Positions 51,800 to 61,518 of a DNA stretch of 64,000 nt are shown piece after piece. The position numbers were made by a program, and so were the translations under genes. The notes under the pieces were generated by a model. The model was not told where the DNA came from, searched no databases, and was given only the letters and a program-made list of their open reading frames with translations. The stretch's first letter is position 1, and every line of letters begins with the position of its first letter. The stretch is from Escherichia phage VpaE1_ev78, in sequence record LR597663; one strand, 5' to 3'.

Positions 51800-52987
51800 A
51801 TGGCGGTAGGTGAAATTCAAATTAGTGCCTTGCCTCAAGCAGCCTTACCAATTGACCTTAGTGATATCTTCCATCTTAAGCAGGGTATTGAGGATAAGAG
51901 ATGTACTCTTGAGCAATTACTTGCTCCACACTCAAGCCTAAGAAATAACCCTCATGGTGTTACTAAAACACAAATTGGTTTAGATAACGTTATCAATGCT
52001 CTTCAGTTAGTTGCTGCAAATAACTTATCAGACGTTACTAATGTAGCTCAGGCAAGAGCAAATCTACAGATTATGTCTTCAGAAGAGGTTAATAATCTTG
52101 TTCAACAGCATATTCAGGACAAGAGCAACCCACATAATACAACTAAGGCACAGGTAGGGTTGAGTAATGTTCAGAACTGGACAACATCTAACCTTTATAA
52201 TGAAGATGCAGATAAGTATGCTACAGCAAGAGCAGTAAATAACTTGTACAAGGCTGTTCAGGCTTCCTATCCAGTAGGTACTATCCATCTTTCCATGAAC
52301 TCTGCAAACCCTTCTACATATTTAATTTGTGGAGGAACTTGGGAGTTAGTTTCAAAAGGTAGAGCATTGGTTGGTTATGACTCTGACACAAGACCAGCAG
52401 GTTCTGTATTTGGTGCTTCAACTGTCACTTTGTCAGTTAATAACATGCCTCAACACTCTCACTCTGTGTCTCTTAGTGGTGGTGGTCATACTCATAATGC
52501 AACGGTGTCAATTTCAACTTTTGATTATGGAACTAAGACTACCAATTCTTTTGACTATGGAACAAAGACTACTAACACAACAGGTAACCACAACCATGTT
52601 GGTAGTGGGTCAACAAGTACTGCTGGTGCTCACAACCACAGATTGACACATGAAGCAGGCGGTGGCCTATCGGAAAGACCTGCAATGGTTTGGTCTACAA
52701 GAAATGACCAATCGTGGTACTCAGCAGATGCTGTCTGTGAAGTCGCTGGTGCACATACCCACTCTTTCAGTGTTACCACCAACACAACTGGTAACCACAA
52801 CCATACAGTAGGTATTGGTGCTCACAGCCACACAGTTGGTATTGGTTCGCATACACATAATGGTACTGTAACAGTTTCTTCTTCTGAACATACGCATAGC
52901 GGGAACACTAATAGTGTTGGTGGAGGACAAGCTTTCAACATTGAGCAGCCATCCTTCGTACTGTATGTATGGCAGAGAACAGCTTAA
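51800..52987 (+). CDS. Tail fibre protein with tail-collar domain and His-rich (HxH) C-terminus
   Basis: 395 aa; NPH..TK.Q.GL.NV repeats, YPVGTIHLSMNSANPSTYLICGGTWELVSKGRALVG collar motif, then HSHSVS...HTHN...FDYGTKTTN...NHNH...AHSHTVGIGSHTHN. Confidence 0.6.
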   Translation: MAVGEIQISALPQAALPIDLSDIFHLKQGIEDKRCTLEQLLAPHSSLRNNPHGVTKTQIGLDNVINALQLVAANNLSDVTNVAQARANLQIMSSEEVNNLVQQHIQDKSNPHNTTKAQVGLSNVQNWTTSNLYNEDADKYATARAVNNLYKAVQASYPVGTIHLSMNSANPSTYLICGGTWELVSKGRALVGYDSDTRPAGSVFGASTVTLSVNNMPQHSHSVSLSGGGHTHNATVSISTFDYGTKTTNSFDYGTKTTNTTGNHNHVGSGSTSTAGAHNHRLTHEAGGGLSERPAMVWSTRNDQSWYSADAVCEVAGAHTHSFSVTTNTTGNHNHTVGIGAHSHTVGIGSHTHNGTVTVSSSEHTHSGNTNSVGGGQAFNIEQPSFVLYVWQRTA

Positions 52988-53000
52988 TTTCTTTACAGGG

Positions 53001-53026
53001 GCTTTATAGCCCCTTTTAAGAGGAAA
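53001..53026 (+). terminator. Terminator-like hairpin between the two fibre genes
   Basis: ggggct-ttat-agcccc followed by TTTTAAG. Confidence 0.45.
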
Positions 53027-53033
53027 ATTTATA

Positions 53034-55382
53034 ATGGCAGACTACAAATTGAGTGAATTAAACTCAATCGACACAATCCGTTCAGATGACCTTCTTCATG
53101 TCAGAGTTAAAAAGAGACCTGAAATGCTGGGTGATGAAGACCGTCGAATGACCTATCAAGACTTCTTAGCATCTTTTAAGCTTGAGAGATTTGTTCAGAT
53201 TGCTGGTAGCACTATGACAGGTGACTTAGGGATTGTTAAGTTACTTTATGGTGGTAAGGTAGTATTTAACCCAACAGGCTCTTCTGAGATTAATATTGGG
53301 GATGTTTTAAAGACTTTTAAAATCAACGCAAATGGCCTTAAACTGACTATTGCAGACACTTCAAGGTCGGCAACTGTTTATCATACTCTGAATAAGCCAA
53401 GCCCTAATGAACTTGGGATGAGAACTAATGAAGAGAATGATGCAAGGTATGCAAGACTAGCTATCACAAACACATTCTCTGGAACTCAAAATATTCAAGG
53501 TGATGCTAACTTACTTCGCCTTAGAAACCAAAATGCAAATAATGCACAATATATCGAAGGTGTAAACCTAGATGGCTCGGCTAGATGGTGGGTTGGTATT
53601 GGTAGTAATGGCTCTGACGAAGTAAAGCTGTACAATAACAAATACAACTCAGCCTTGACTGTTGCAAGTAATGTCTCTGTTAATAAGTCTTTAGCAATCA
53701 CTGGTCAAGTTCAACCTTCTGACTTCTCTAACTTAGATGCTAGATACTTTACTCAGACAGTAGCTAATCAGAGATTTGCACAGTTAGCTGCGAATAACAA
53801 TTTCACTGGCACTAACACGTTTAGCAGAAACCTACGTATTATCAGTGACGGTGCTGCTTTAAGGTTGAAAAATGCAACAACTAGCTCACTATACATTCAG
53901 GGTGTTGACTCTCAGAACACTAACAGGTGGTATGTAGGGAACGGGGATAACACAGCCTCTGTGCTGCTAAACAACTATGTACACGGTTCAAATATCAGGC
54001 TTGATAATGGCTATATCTCAGTCAACCAGAACTTCAGAATCACTGGTCAAGTTCAACCTTCGGATTGGACTAATATTGACTCTAGATATATTCCGGCAGC
54101 AACTTTGAGTAACCTACCTAAGCTTAATGTTGCTAACACATTTGTGAATGTGCAAACTATTGTATCAAATAATGAAGGCGTAGTATTAAGAAACTTAACA
54201 CAGGGGCAGCCACAATATATCCGTGGTGTTGATACCCAGAATGTATCTAGTTGGTGGGTAGGTGTGGGTGGCACAAATTCTACTGATGTGGCATTAAACA
54301 ACAGCTACTCTGGGACTCAAATTACTCTTATGCCTTCAGCGATTAAGGCTAATAAGAACCTAACCATTACTGGTCAAGTTCAACCTTCTGATTGGTCTAA
54401 CTTAGATGCTAGATATTTTGTTAAAACTCAGTTATTAAACCAATCCTTAATGACTGTTTCTGTAGATAACCTTGAAAACCCTTCAGGTTTTAATCTTGGA
54501 TATTCAGGTTTTGTCAGAAACAATCAGGTTGCTAGTGGACTGAGAGAATTGGCAATTCATGTTGCTCACTCTAATAAGACTGCTGCACATGCAAGAGGAA
54601 TCTCTTTTGTGTATGGCTCAAATGGACTGGCAACATTTACCTATGCCTATGACAAAAATGGTGACTATGCCGGAGAGGCACAGCTTTACACAACTGATTT
54701 TAAACCAACCCCTTCAGATATCGGTGCATACACTAAAGCTGAAACTGACCAGAAGATTGCACAGGCAGTAAGTGACTCTACAGACCTTAATAAAATCTAT
54801 CCAGTAGGTATTGTAACGTGGTTTAACAGTAATGTTGACCCTAATACAGCGTTGCCTGGGTTAACTTGGACGTACCTTAACAATGGTGTTGGTAGAACTA
54901 TCAGGATTGCAGCAGCAAACGGTTCAGATGTTGCTACAACAGGTGGTTCAGATTCTGTGACGCTAGCTGTTGGTAACTTACCATCACACACCCATAGTTT
55001 CTCTGCTACCACTTCATCTTTTGATTATGGTACGAAGAACACTAATAGTACTGGTGCACATACCCATTCAGTTAGTGGTACTGCTGCATCTGCTGGGCAA
55101 CACGCACACAGAATTTCACAGGGTGACAACGCTAACGTTTCATCAGGTAGAGTCGCATCTTCAAACTCTGCTCAGACCCATGTTGGTTGGACTGAAAATG
55201 ATGGTGTTCACACCCACTCAGTTAGTGGTACTGCTGCATCTGCTGGTGGACATGCTCACTCTGTAGGTATTGGTGCTCATAGCCACACAGTTAGTGGTAA
55301 CACTGGTGGTACAGGTTCTGGTTCAGCATTTAGTGTTACTAACCAGTTCTACAAGTTAATGGCTTGGGTAAGAACTGCTTAA
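53034..55382 (+). CDS. Large tail fibre protein with three internal repeats, tail-collar domain and HxH-rich C-terminus
   Basis: 782 aa; three about 110 aa repeats each ending ITGQVQPSD(F/W)(S/T)N(L/I)D(A/S)RY; YPVGIVTWFNSNVDP collar motif; C-terminal FDYGTKNTN and repeated H.H. Confidence 0.6.
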   Translation: MADYKLSELNSIDTIRSDDLLHVRVKKRPEMLGDEDRRMTYQDFLASFKLERFVQIAGSTMTGDLGIVKLLYGGKVVFNPTGSSEINIGDVLKTFKINANGLKLTIADTSRSATVYHTLNKPSPNELGMRTNEENDARYARLAITNTFSGTQNIQGDANLLRLRNQNANNAQYIEGVNLDGSARWWVGIGSNGSDEVKLYNNKYNSALTVASNVSVNKSLAITGQVQPSDFSNLDARYFTQTVANQRFAQLAANNNFTGTNTFSRNLRIISDGAALRLKNATTSSLYIQGVDSQNTNRWYVGNGDNTASVLLNNYVHGSNIRLDNGYISVNQNFRITGQVQPSDWTNIDSRYIPAATLSNLPKLNVANTFVNVQTIVSNNEGVVLRNLTQGQPQYIRGVDTQNVSSWWVGVGGTNSTDVALNNSYSGTQITLMPSAIKANKNLTITGQVQPSDWSNLDARYFVKTQLLNQSLMTVSVDNLENPSGFNLGYSGFVRNNQVASGLRELAIHVAHSNKTAAHARGISFVYGSNGLATFTYAYDKNGDYAGEAQLYTTDFKPTPSDIGAYTKAETDQKIAQAVSDSTDLNKIYPVGIVTWFNSNVDPNTALPGLTWTYLNNGVGRTIRIAAANGSDVATTGGSDSVTLAVGNLPSHTHSFSATTSSFDYGTKNTNSTGAHTHSVSGTAASAGQHAHRISQGDNANVSSGRVASSNSAQTHVGWTENDGVHTHSVSGTAASAGGHAHSVGIGAHSHTVSGNTGGTGSGSAFSVTNQFYKLMAWVRTA

Positions 55383-55461
55383 TCCCTTGTTGACTGATTG
55401 TTAAGATGGTGTTAATATTCTTTATGGGTATTCTCACCATCTTGGCTGATGAGGTGATTAA

Positions 55462-55656
55462 ATGCCTACAATCCTAGCAATTCTTCTAAAAAATCTAGGT
55501 AGCTTCTTCTGGAAACTCATTTTATCCCTTCTAAGTGAATACATGATTGAGAAAGTGTTCTTTAAGCTTGCAAGATACCTTGCGAGTAAAACAGACACGC
55601 CTATTGATGATGAGTTCGTAGATAACTTAGAAAAAGCTTTTAAGGGGGAGAAATAA
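55462..55656 (+). CDS. Small membrane protein (holin-like candidate)
   Basis: 64 aa; GAGGTGA RBS; hydrophobic N-terminal segment. Confidence 0.4.
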   Translation: MPTILAILLKNLGSFFWKLILSLLSEYMIEKVFFKLARYLASKTDTPIDDEFVDNLEKAFKGEK

Positions 55657-56028
55657 ATGAAGTGGCTAGAGGAAGCTTTTAAAAATAATATTGGTGCAAT
55701 TGTAGTTGGTATTTTTAGTGTTATTGGGATGTATACCACTATGCAAGTTTCAAGTGGTAAGCAAGAAGTGTCTGTCACAACAAAGTTACAGCAGCTAGAT
55801 AATTATTCCAAAAGTAACTATTCAGCTATTCGTGATTTACAGTCTGACATGAGACTGATTCAGCTAGGGATGGAGAACCAGAAAGTTCAGTTAGAGAATG
55901 TTAAGGGTGAAAACGCAAAACTTACCAAAACTCTTGATAAATTCTCTGACAGTGTGAACAATCTGGCTCAATCAGTATCAGCCCTCCAAGCTATTACTGA
56001 AAAGAACACAAAGAATACTGAAAAATAA
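55657..56028 (+). CDS. Small membrane-anchored coiled-coil protein (lysis accessory/spanin-like candidate)
   Basis: 123 aa; N-terminal TM segment IGAIVVGIFSVIGMYTTM then helical region. Confidence 0.4.
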   Translation: MKWLEEAFKNNIGAIVVGIFSVIGMYTTMQVSSGKQEVSVTTKLQQLDNYSKSNYSAIRDLQSDMRLIQLGMENQKVQLENVKGENAKLTKTLDKFSDSVNNLAQSVSALQAITEKNTKNTEK

Positions 56029-56035
56029 AGTTTAA

Positions 56036-56062
56036 GGCTCCTTTTTACGGGAGCCTTTTTTG
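56036..56062. terminator. Bidirectional rho-independent terminator between convergent operons
   Basis: ggctcc-tttttac-gggagcc with T-runs on both strands. Confidence 0.65.
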
Positions 56063-56064
56063 TT

Positions 56065-56964
56065 TTACTTACCTACTGACAGAGGTGCTTCAATCTTCCC
56101 TGCATGTTGGTAGTTGTTAATTCCACCAATAAAGTCACTTGCAGTAAGATGTTTTAAGTCACTTAAAGTGTTAAGCTGTACACCAATCTCAAAAGTAGGT
56201 GCATGAAACTCTTCATTGTTCATCAGTTCATAGACCTGCTTCATATGGTTATGATAAATCTGAGTATCTCCAAAGACACCTATCAAGTATCGTGGAGTGT
56301 ATCCAGTCATCTTGCAAAGAACTTCCAGAATAAAACCATAAGATGCAATGTTAAACGGAAGTCCTAAAAAGGTGTCTACAGAACGTTGATACCATTGTAA
56401 GTCAACTTCACCTTCGTTAGTGATATAAATCTGAAACAGAACATGACAAGGTGCTAAAGCCATTGAGTTAGCTGCAATATCTGCTGCATTCCAAGCATTA
56501 ACAAGCATGTAACGGTCTGTGATATCACCTTTCATCTTCGTTACTAAGGTCTCTAACTGGTCTACAACACAACCATTATGACCTTCAAAGTTTCTCCACT
56601 GAACCCCGTAGATTCTCCCACCTGCATCCTCTAACCAATCTTGTTCAGAAGAATAGTTAGAGCTTAACCAGCGTTTAAAATCATCTGACCAGATAGTCCA
56701 GCGTTCCCCATCATTTTCACCCCAAGTACGGTAACGAAGTTCACCAAGCTTATTCTCACCGTTCAGGAACCATAAAGCTTCCCCAATAACTTGCCTTGTA
56801 AACACCTGTTTAGATGTTAAGAGTGGGAAACCAGTACGCATATCAAAACGAAACTGTGGTGGAGCAAATGCAGAGATAACATCTCCAGTTCTTGTAGTAC
56901 GCAGTTCACCAACGGATAAAACATGGTTCAGGATATTTTTGTAACTTGTATCTGCTTGTGACAT
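56065..56964 (-). CDS. thyA: Thymidylate synthase (ThyA family)
   Basis: 299 aa; FPLLTSK, EALWFLNGE, ALAPCHVLFQIYI (catalytic Cys), QRSVDTFLGLPFNIASY; Asn conserved in PFNIAS indicates dUMP specificity. Confidence 0.75.
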   Translation of the reverse strand: MSQADTSYKNILNHVLSVGELRTTRTGDVISAFAPPQFRFDMRTGFPLLTSKQVFTRQVIGEALWFLNGENKLGELRYRTWGENDGERWTIWSDDFKRWLSSNYSSEQDWLEDAGGRIYGVQWRNFEGHNGCVVDQLETLVTKMKGDITDRYMLVNAWNAADIAANSMALAPCHVLFQIYITNEGEVDLQWYQRSVDTFLGLPFNIASYGFILEVLCKMTGYTPRYLIGVFGDTQIYHNHMKQVYELMNNEEFHAPTFEIGVQLNTLSDLKHLTASDFIGGINNYQHAGKIEAPLSVGK

Positions 56965-56965
56965 A

Positions 56966-57511
56966 TCAAAAGTGTCCTTTTACTTGTGGAACATAAATTT
57001 CAAAGGTTGCTTTACCATCCTCTGATGGTTTTGACTGTACCTTTGTAAATACACGGTTATCATACAGCTTCTCAAAGAAGTTTTCAAAAGGTAAATACAC
57101 AGTGGCCTCTTCAGTAACTTTATGGAAAACTGTATGGAAAACTACACCAGCATACGGCAAAGCATTGACAAGAACACCTGCACCACCAATTACAAAGACA
57201 TCTTCATCAATAGAGCTATCAAGATACTTCAAAAATGCTCCAAAGGATTCTTTACTGGCCTTAGCATACATTACATCATCTTTGTCAAAGTCTATACCCA
57301 AATATGGAACAGAGTTCGTTAAGACGAGGTTTGTACGTTCTGGTAATGGTTTGCTACCCAGAGTCTTAAAAGTCTCATTACCCATTACTACTAAGTTATC
57401 TTTAGTGAGTCTCTTAAACTCTTGCATATCCTGTTTATGTCGAGGCCACGGCATACCAGTTGGAGTACCAAACTCCCCATTTTCACCACTTGCAAAGATT
57501 AATTTAATCAT
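56966..57511 (-). CDS. folA: Dihydrofolate reductase
   Basis: 181 aa; GMPWPRHKQDMQEFKRLT resembles the DHFR N-terminal motif; adjacent to thyA. Confidence 0.65.
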   Translation of the reverse strand: MIKLIFASGENGEFGTPTGMPWPRHKQDMQEFKRLTKDNLVVMGNETFKTLGSKPLPERTNLVLTNSVPYLGIDFDKDDVMYAKASKESFGAFLKYLDSSIDEDVFVIGGAGVLVNALPYAGVVFHTVFHKVTEEATVYLPFENFFEKLYDNRVFTKVQSKPSEDGKATFEIYVPQVKGHF

Positions 57512-57768
57512 TTTGTAAATCCTTTCTTAATGAACCAGTTGATAACACTCTTCACAGCTTTACTACGATGGTAGATAAAATGTGGAGAGGGTTGGTATGA
57601 ACCATAAGCCCAGAAAGCGATAATTTCATTACACCCTGTGCATCGGGTACTTTCTTCAGCAATATGACCGTTGACTATTTCACTTACCTCACCTTGTAAG
57701 TCTGTACACCCGCAATGTGGACAACGGATAGGTGTTCCATCAGACTCATAGCAGTGTTCAATTTTCAT
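57508..57768 (-). CDS. Small zinc-ribbon protein
   Basis: 86 aa; CPHCGC ... CTGC. Confidence 0.4.
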   Translation of the reverse strand: MKIEHCYESDGTPIRCPHCGCTDLQGEVSEIVNGHIAEESTRCTGCNEIIAFWAYGSYQPSPHFIYHRSKAVKSVINWFIKKGFTK

Positions 57769-58284
57769 CTATTTAACCTCAAAAACTGGTTCAAGAACCA
57801 ATATAAAGTCTACACAGTCATCTTCTTCATCCAGAATACCATCAAAGTTCTTAGGTACAAAGTCGAAGAGGCTCATAGAATATCGGTCAGAAGTAACCCT
57901 GATAGTGTTCCCTATATTCTCTACAGTTAATATTGTACGGCTTTCTGTTACCTCACTTAGAAGATTACTCACAAAGTCATCTAAGAAGTGTTTCATCAGT
58001 GACTTGAAGCCTTTAGGGTAATCTGTACCAGAGTATGTTTCAATCTGAGGAACAAGCTTAACATTTATACTAGTCTTTGTTAAGAACGTTTTAGAGAACA
58101 TGCTATCAGGTAGCTTACAAACAGTCTTTCCAGTACCTTCATGTTCAATCTCAACAAAACCAGCTTCGTCGCCACATGTAACTATTTTAAAAGATGCTTC
58201 ATTCTCATACTGTGAAGCCATAAACTTTTTAAGCATCTCTTTAAGGAAATCTGCATGAGCATCTTGTAAGTAGATATCAATCAT
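57769..58284 (-). CDS. Hypothetical protein
   Basis: 171 aa ORF. Confidence 0.45.
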   Translation of the reverse strand: MIDIYLQDAHADFLKEMLKKFMASQYENEASFKIVTCGDEAGFVEIEHEGTGKTVCKLPDSMFSKTFLTKTSINVKLVPQIETYSGTDYPKGFKSLMKHFLDDFVSNLLSEVTESRTILTVENIGNTIRVTSDRYSMSLFDFVPKNFDGILDEEDDCVDFILVLEPVFEVK

Positions 58285-58297
58285 AGTTAATCACCTA

Positions 58298-58657
58298 TTA
58301 TGGGAACAAACATTTAATGTCATCGTTTTTGAAAACGAAGCTTGTGTAGTTGTGACCGTCAACATCCAGCCAAACAGCTTGAACATCTACACCATCAAGA
58401 TTGTGGTAAAGCTCTTTGATGAAGTGGTCTTTCACAATCTGGCTGCTAGTTGTCTCCAGCTTAATGTTTGAGATTGCTGAACCTACAGCCATATAACCCA
58501 TGACACGTTTCTTCTCAGTGTGCTTAATCTTACCATCTTTGTAAGCCATAATGAGATTGGAAAGAATCTTCACACCATAATACTTTTCAAGGTGAGTAGG
58601 TGCACCATAAAAGCCTAATGCAAAGTTTTCAGAGTGGATAATGTTTTCACGTTTCAT
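58298..58657 (-). CDS. Hypothetical protein
   Basis: 119 aa ORF. Confidence 0.45.
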   Translation of the reverse strand: MKRENIIHSENFALGFYGAPTHLEKYYGVKILSNLIMAYKDGKIKHTEKKRVMGYMAVGSAISNIKLETTSSQIVKDHFIKELYHNLDGVDVQAVWLDVDGHNYTSFVFKNDDIKCLFP

Positions 58658-58658
58658 A

Positions 58659-58988
58659 TTAATCTGCCAGCCTTAAATTAAAATTAACACCAAATTTTTC
58701 GCATACTTCCAACATATACTCAAGGGAGACATTACCAGTGAGGTGGATTATGTTGGATACGCGAGCCTGAGAGATACCACAAATTTTAGCAACTTGCTCT
58801 TGAGAAAGACCTCTGGATTTAATCTCTCTCTTAAAACGATGTGCAACGAAATCTCTCATTTCGTCTACATCCATTGGACAAATATAACTCTCCATTTCAG
58901 CCTCTCTGTCAGCCTCCCAATCATCTTGTGGAGCATAAGGGTCAAAAACCTCATTCATCTTTCTTCTTCCGTTTTCGTGAAGTGTCAA
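58659..58988 (-). CDS. Helix-turn-helix DNA-binding protein (XRE-like)
   Basis: 109 aa; C-terminal LSQEQVAKICGISQARVSNIIHLTGNVSLEYMLEVCEKFGV resembles an XRE-family HTH. Confidence 0.5.
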   Translation of the reverse strand: MTLHENGRRKMNEVFDPYAPQDDWEADREAEMESYICPMDVDEMRDFVAHRFKREIKSRGLSQEQVAKICGISQARVSNIIHLTGNVSLEYMLEVCEKFGVNFNLRLAD

Positions 58989-59163
58989 TCAATGAATCTA
59001 TGTTTGTAGCCCTAACCTTTTCACGTTCATCGTTAAGATAATCATCAAGAGCCTTTTCAATCTGTGAATCATCTTGACAGATAACTGTAAAGACTGTAAA
59101 GCCGTCTGTATCATCAATTATCTTACCATAACCGCTTCTGGGATGTAACTTTTTAAGAGCCAT
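58951..59163 (-). CDS. Hypothetical protein
   Basis: 70 aa ORF overlapping downstream gene start. Confidence 0.3.
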   Translation of the reverse strand: MALKKLHPRSGYGKIIDDTDGFTVFTVICQDDSQIEKALDDYLNDEREKVRATNIDSLIDTSRKRKKKDE

Positions 59164-59164
59164 A

Positions 59165-59548
59165 TCAAATACCTGTGCAGCTTCTGTTTTCTAAGAAATA
59201 CTCAACACCATACATAGCTTTTTGCATCAAATCTTCTTTAAACTGGATACGATGATTGAGCATAGCCTGTACATCAATATCATCAGGGTGCTTCTCTTTA
59301 ATATTTGCAGATTGCAGGAAATACTCTGCAAGAACACGATACTGATAGTCAGTTACCTTATCAGTCATCTCTGTTAAAGACTCTTCAGAGATTGGTTTAA
59401 GTAGCTCACCATTAGCCAGAGCAACACCTTTAACAATCTGGCAAGTGTCTTCTGGAACTCCTGATAAATCCACATTTGGAAGTTCTGTTGCATTGACTGG
59501 TAAATTCATTGACATAACCATTGCAGCAGCTAATAAAATCTTTTTCAT
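59165..59548 (-). CDS. Secreted protein (signal peptide)
   Basis: 127 aa; N-terminal MKKILLAAAMVMSMNLPVNA. Confidence 0.45.
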   Translation of the reverse strand: MKKILLAAAMVMSMNLPVNATELPNVDLSGVPEDTCQIVKGVALANGELLKPISEESLTEMTDKVTDYQYRVLAEYFLQSANIKEKHPDDIDVQAMLNHRIQFKEDLMQKAMYGVEYFLENRSCTGI

Positions 59549-59820
59549 AATGACCTCAAAGTTATATTAAATTTTGTATTACATTGAGTATAAAAATAAG
59601 CTATAACACCTGACTTGTCAACAGATTTTATAGCTTATTTGGCAGATTTTTTATAAGGCTACTGCCATCCTTCCATACCAGACCACACCATGCCAAACCA
59701 GACTTCACATCACCTTACCGTGCAATACATTACTTAAAAACCCTCTTAAAAGACTCTTAAGTTATGCTGGTGAGTACCTGTTGGTTTATGCTGCTCAGTA
59801 TACTCACCAAATTTTCTATG

Positions 59821-60009
59821 TCAACAGCTTTCTAATAAAGTTTTATGAAGATTTTGCTTAACAACCCGCCTCACATGCCTGTGCTCTTTCTTAATAAAGA
59901 GTGACCTCTTCTTGACAGAGCGCCTATTCTTGTAGGTATCACTAGGATACTTATCATGAACCGGACAACAGCTACCCGGATTTGTAAACTTGATAATCTC
60001 TCTTTTCAC
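59821..60009 (-). CDS. Small basic protein
   Basis: 62 aa, Lys/Arg-rich. Confidence 0.3.
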   Translation of the reverse strand: MKREIIKFTNPGSCCPVHDKYPSDTYKNRRSVKKRSLFIKKEHRHVRRVVKQNLHKTLLESC

Positions 60010-61148
60010 TATTCATAATCCCTAATAACTAGCCCAACAGGGAACTGTAAAGAACCCTTACGAGTCATCTTCTGGAACTGAACCGTTAAAGGCTTCCCGA
60101 TAAACTCTTCAGGATGTTCAGCAAGATACTGTTTCTTCTCATGAGTAGTCTTCCATGAGACATCTACAAAGACGTTAGGAAGAGTCTCTACAACGAACTT
60201 GCCATGACCGCGTTTATCGGTCTTTACACCAGTCACTTTAAACTCTTCAGTGTGCATCTTCTTGTGTTTAATCAAGAAGTAAGAACGGTGACAACACTCA
60301 TAGAAGGAGTCTTCAGAGATTGAACGGTACATTGCACCTTCAAACTTAGCTTCAACCCACTTATCATGAGCTTCATCAAACTCTTCCCAAGAATTTACAC
60401 GACGAGATTTGACAGGAACAACTTTACAGCCATCTCTGAAGTCATTCAATGGTGAAGTCTCAATAATATCTCTACGCTCAGGCCACGTCTTAGTGCTGTC
60501 ACAAATATCATACCAGTAAAACTTGAGTAGGCGACGGTCAGGATTGTCTTCATTTTTAATCATAGAGACAATATCTTCTAAATCCCACCCATGAGCATAA
60601 ATCTCACCATCAAACTCATCAACATCTTTGTGGAGCCTTAACATTGCCATAATGTCAGGTATTAGCTCAGTAGGGATTTTATAAACAGTATTCTCACGAG
60701 AGTATGCTGTAAATACACTACCAATGCTTAAGTGTCTTGAAATTCTACAACGGACACCATCAAGTTTTGGTTGAGCATCAGCAGGAAATATCAAATACTT
60801 TGCATGACTAACCTTTGCAGCATCATGAGCAAGCTGTACACCTACCTTCTCAGTATTCTGTGCAGACTCTTTTGTGTAAGCATAACCTTTGCGGTCAACT
60901 TGCTTTTTATACTTAGCAGCAACTTCAAAGAGGGCTTGCTGTTCAGCGTTACGCTCATTCTTTTTACCGATGTTTTTAGGTTCTGCTGTATACTCTTCAA
61001 ACATCATCTTGCCATTTTCTTTACCGTAGGTTGTAATAACTTTGTCACCTACAGCAACGCATGACCAGACGTTGAAGGAACCATCTTTATTTTGTTTGTA
61101 CAGAATTGTCATTTTTAACCTCTGAGTGATACCAAGTCTTGCAAGCAT
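60009..61148 (-). CDS. ATP-dependent DNA ligase
   Basis: 379 aa (true start may be internal MTILYKQ); motif I KLDGVRCRI, DGEIYAHG, EGAMYRS, LIKHKK; C-terminal OB-like region. Confidence 0.7.
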   Translation of the reverse strand: MLARLGITQRLKMTILYKQNKDGSFNVWSCVAVGDKVITTYGKENGKMMFEEYTAEPKNIGKKNERNAEQQALFEVAAKYKKQVDRKGYAYTKESAQNTEKVGVQLAHDAAKVSHAKYLIFPADAQPKLDGVRCRISRHLSIGSVFTAYSRENTVYKIPTELIPDIMAMLRLHKDVDEFDGEIYAHGWDLEDIVSMIKNEDNPDRRLLKFYWYDICDSTKTWPERRDIIETSPLNDFRDGCKVVPVKSRRVNSWEEFDEAHDKWVEAKFEGAMYRSISEDSFYECCHRSYFLIKHKKMHTEEFKVTGVKTDKRGHGKFVVETLPNVFVDVSWKTTHEKKQYLAEHPEEFIGKPLTVQFQKMTRKGSLQFPVGLVIRDYE

Positions 61149-61305
61149 TACATGCGTAAAGCTCTAAGTCATTTTTATCTGGTTTATGGAAACAGTTTGA
61201 CCCACAACGACACCGGAATAGTTTACCATCAACACGAAGAATGAATGTTTCAAGCTCACCATCTTCTGTAAGAACTGCGTTCTTAAATTTATCTTCTACA
61301 GTCAT
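61087..61305 (-). CDS. Small zinc-ribbon protein
   Basis: 72 aa; CRCGSNC ... CNAC; overlaps the annotated ligase start, favouring an internal ligase start. Confidence 0.35.
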   Translation of the reverse strand: MTVEDKFKNAVLTEDGELETFILRVDGKLFRCRCGSNCFHKPDKNDLELYACNACKTWYHSEVKNDNSVQTK

Positions 61306-61508
61306 TTTCTCTTACCGCCAATCTCTACGTCAATAACTTGAACATCACCAGCAACATCAAACTTATGAATGATGCTTTCCACAGTGTAAGTCCAACCATC
61401 AATGCGAACCAGCTCACCTTCTCGTGGAACTATTGGATTACGTTGAGCTACGGTTGTAGTGGAGTGAACAACATCATAACAGTAGATATAGTTTACTAGG
61501 ACTTCCAT
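61302..61508 (-). CDS. Hypothetical protein
   Basis: Track ORF 61302-61607 shortened to an internal Met to avoid overlap with the lipoprotein gene. Confidence 0.3.
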   Translation of the reverse strand: MEVLVNYIYCYDVVHSTTTVAQRNPIVPREGELVRIDGWTYTVESIIHKFDVAGDVQVIDVEIGGKRK

Positions 61509-61518
61509 CGTGAAAACC

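Noticed and set aside
52079-55266. Short ORFs overlapping the tail fibre genes (including His/Leu-rich frames)
   Set aside because: Artefacts of the HxH-repeat and threonine-rich coding regions read in other frames.
57102-57518. 138 aa plus-strand ORF antisense to the DHFR gene
   Set aside because: DHFR motifs are on the minus strand; the antisense frame has no recognisable features.
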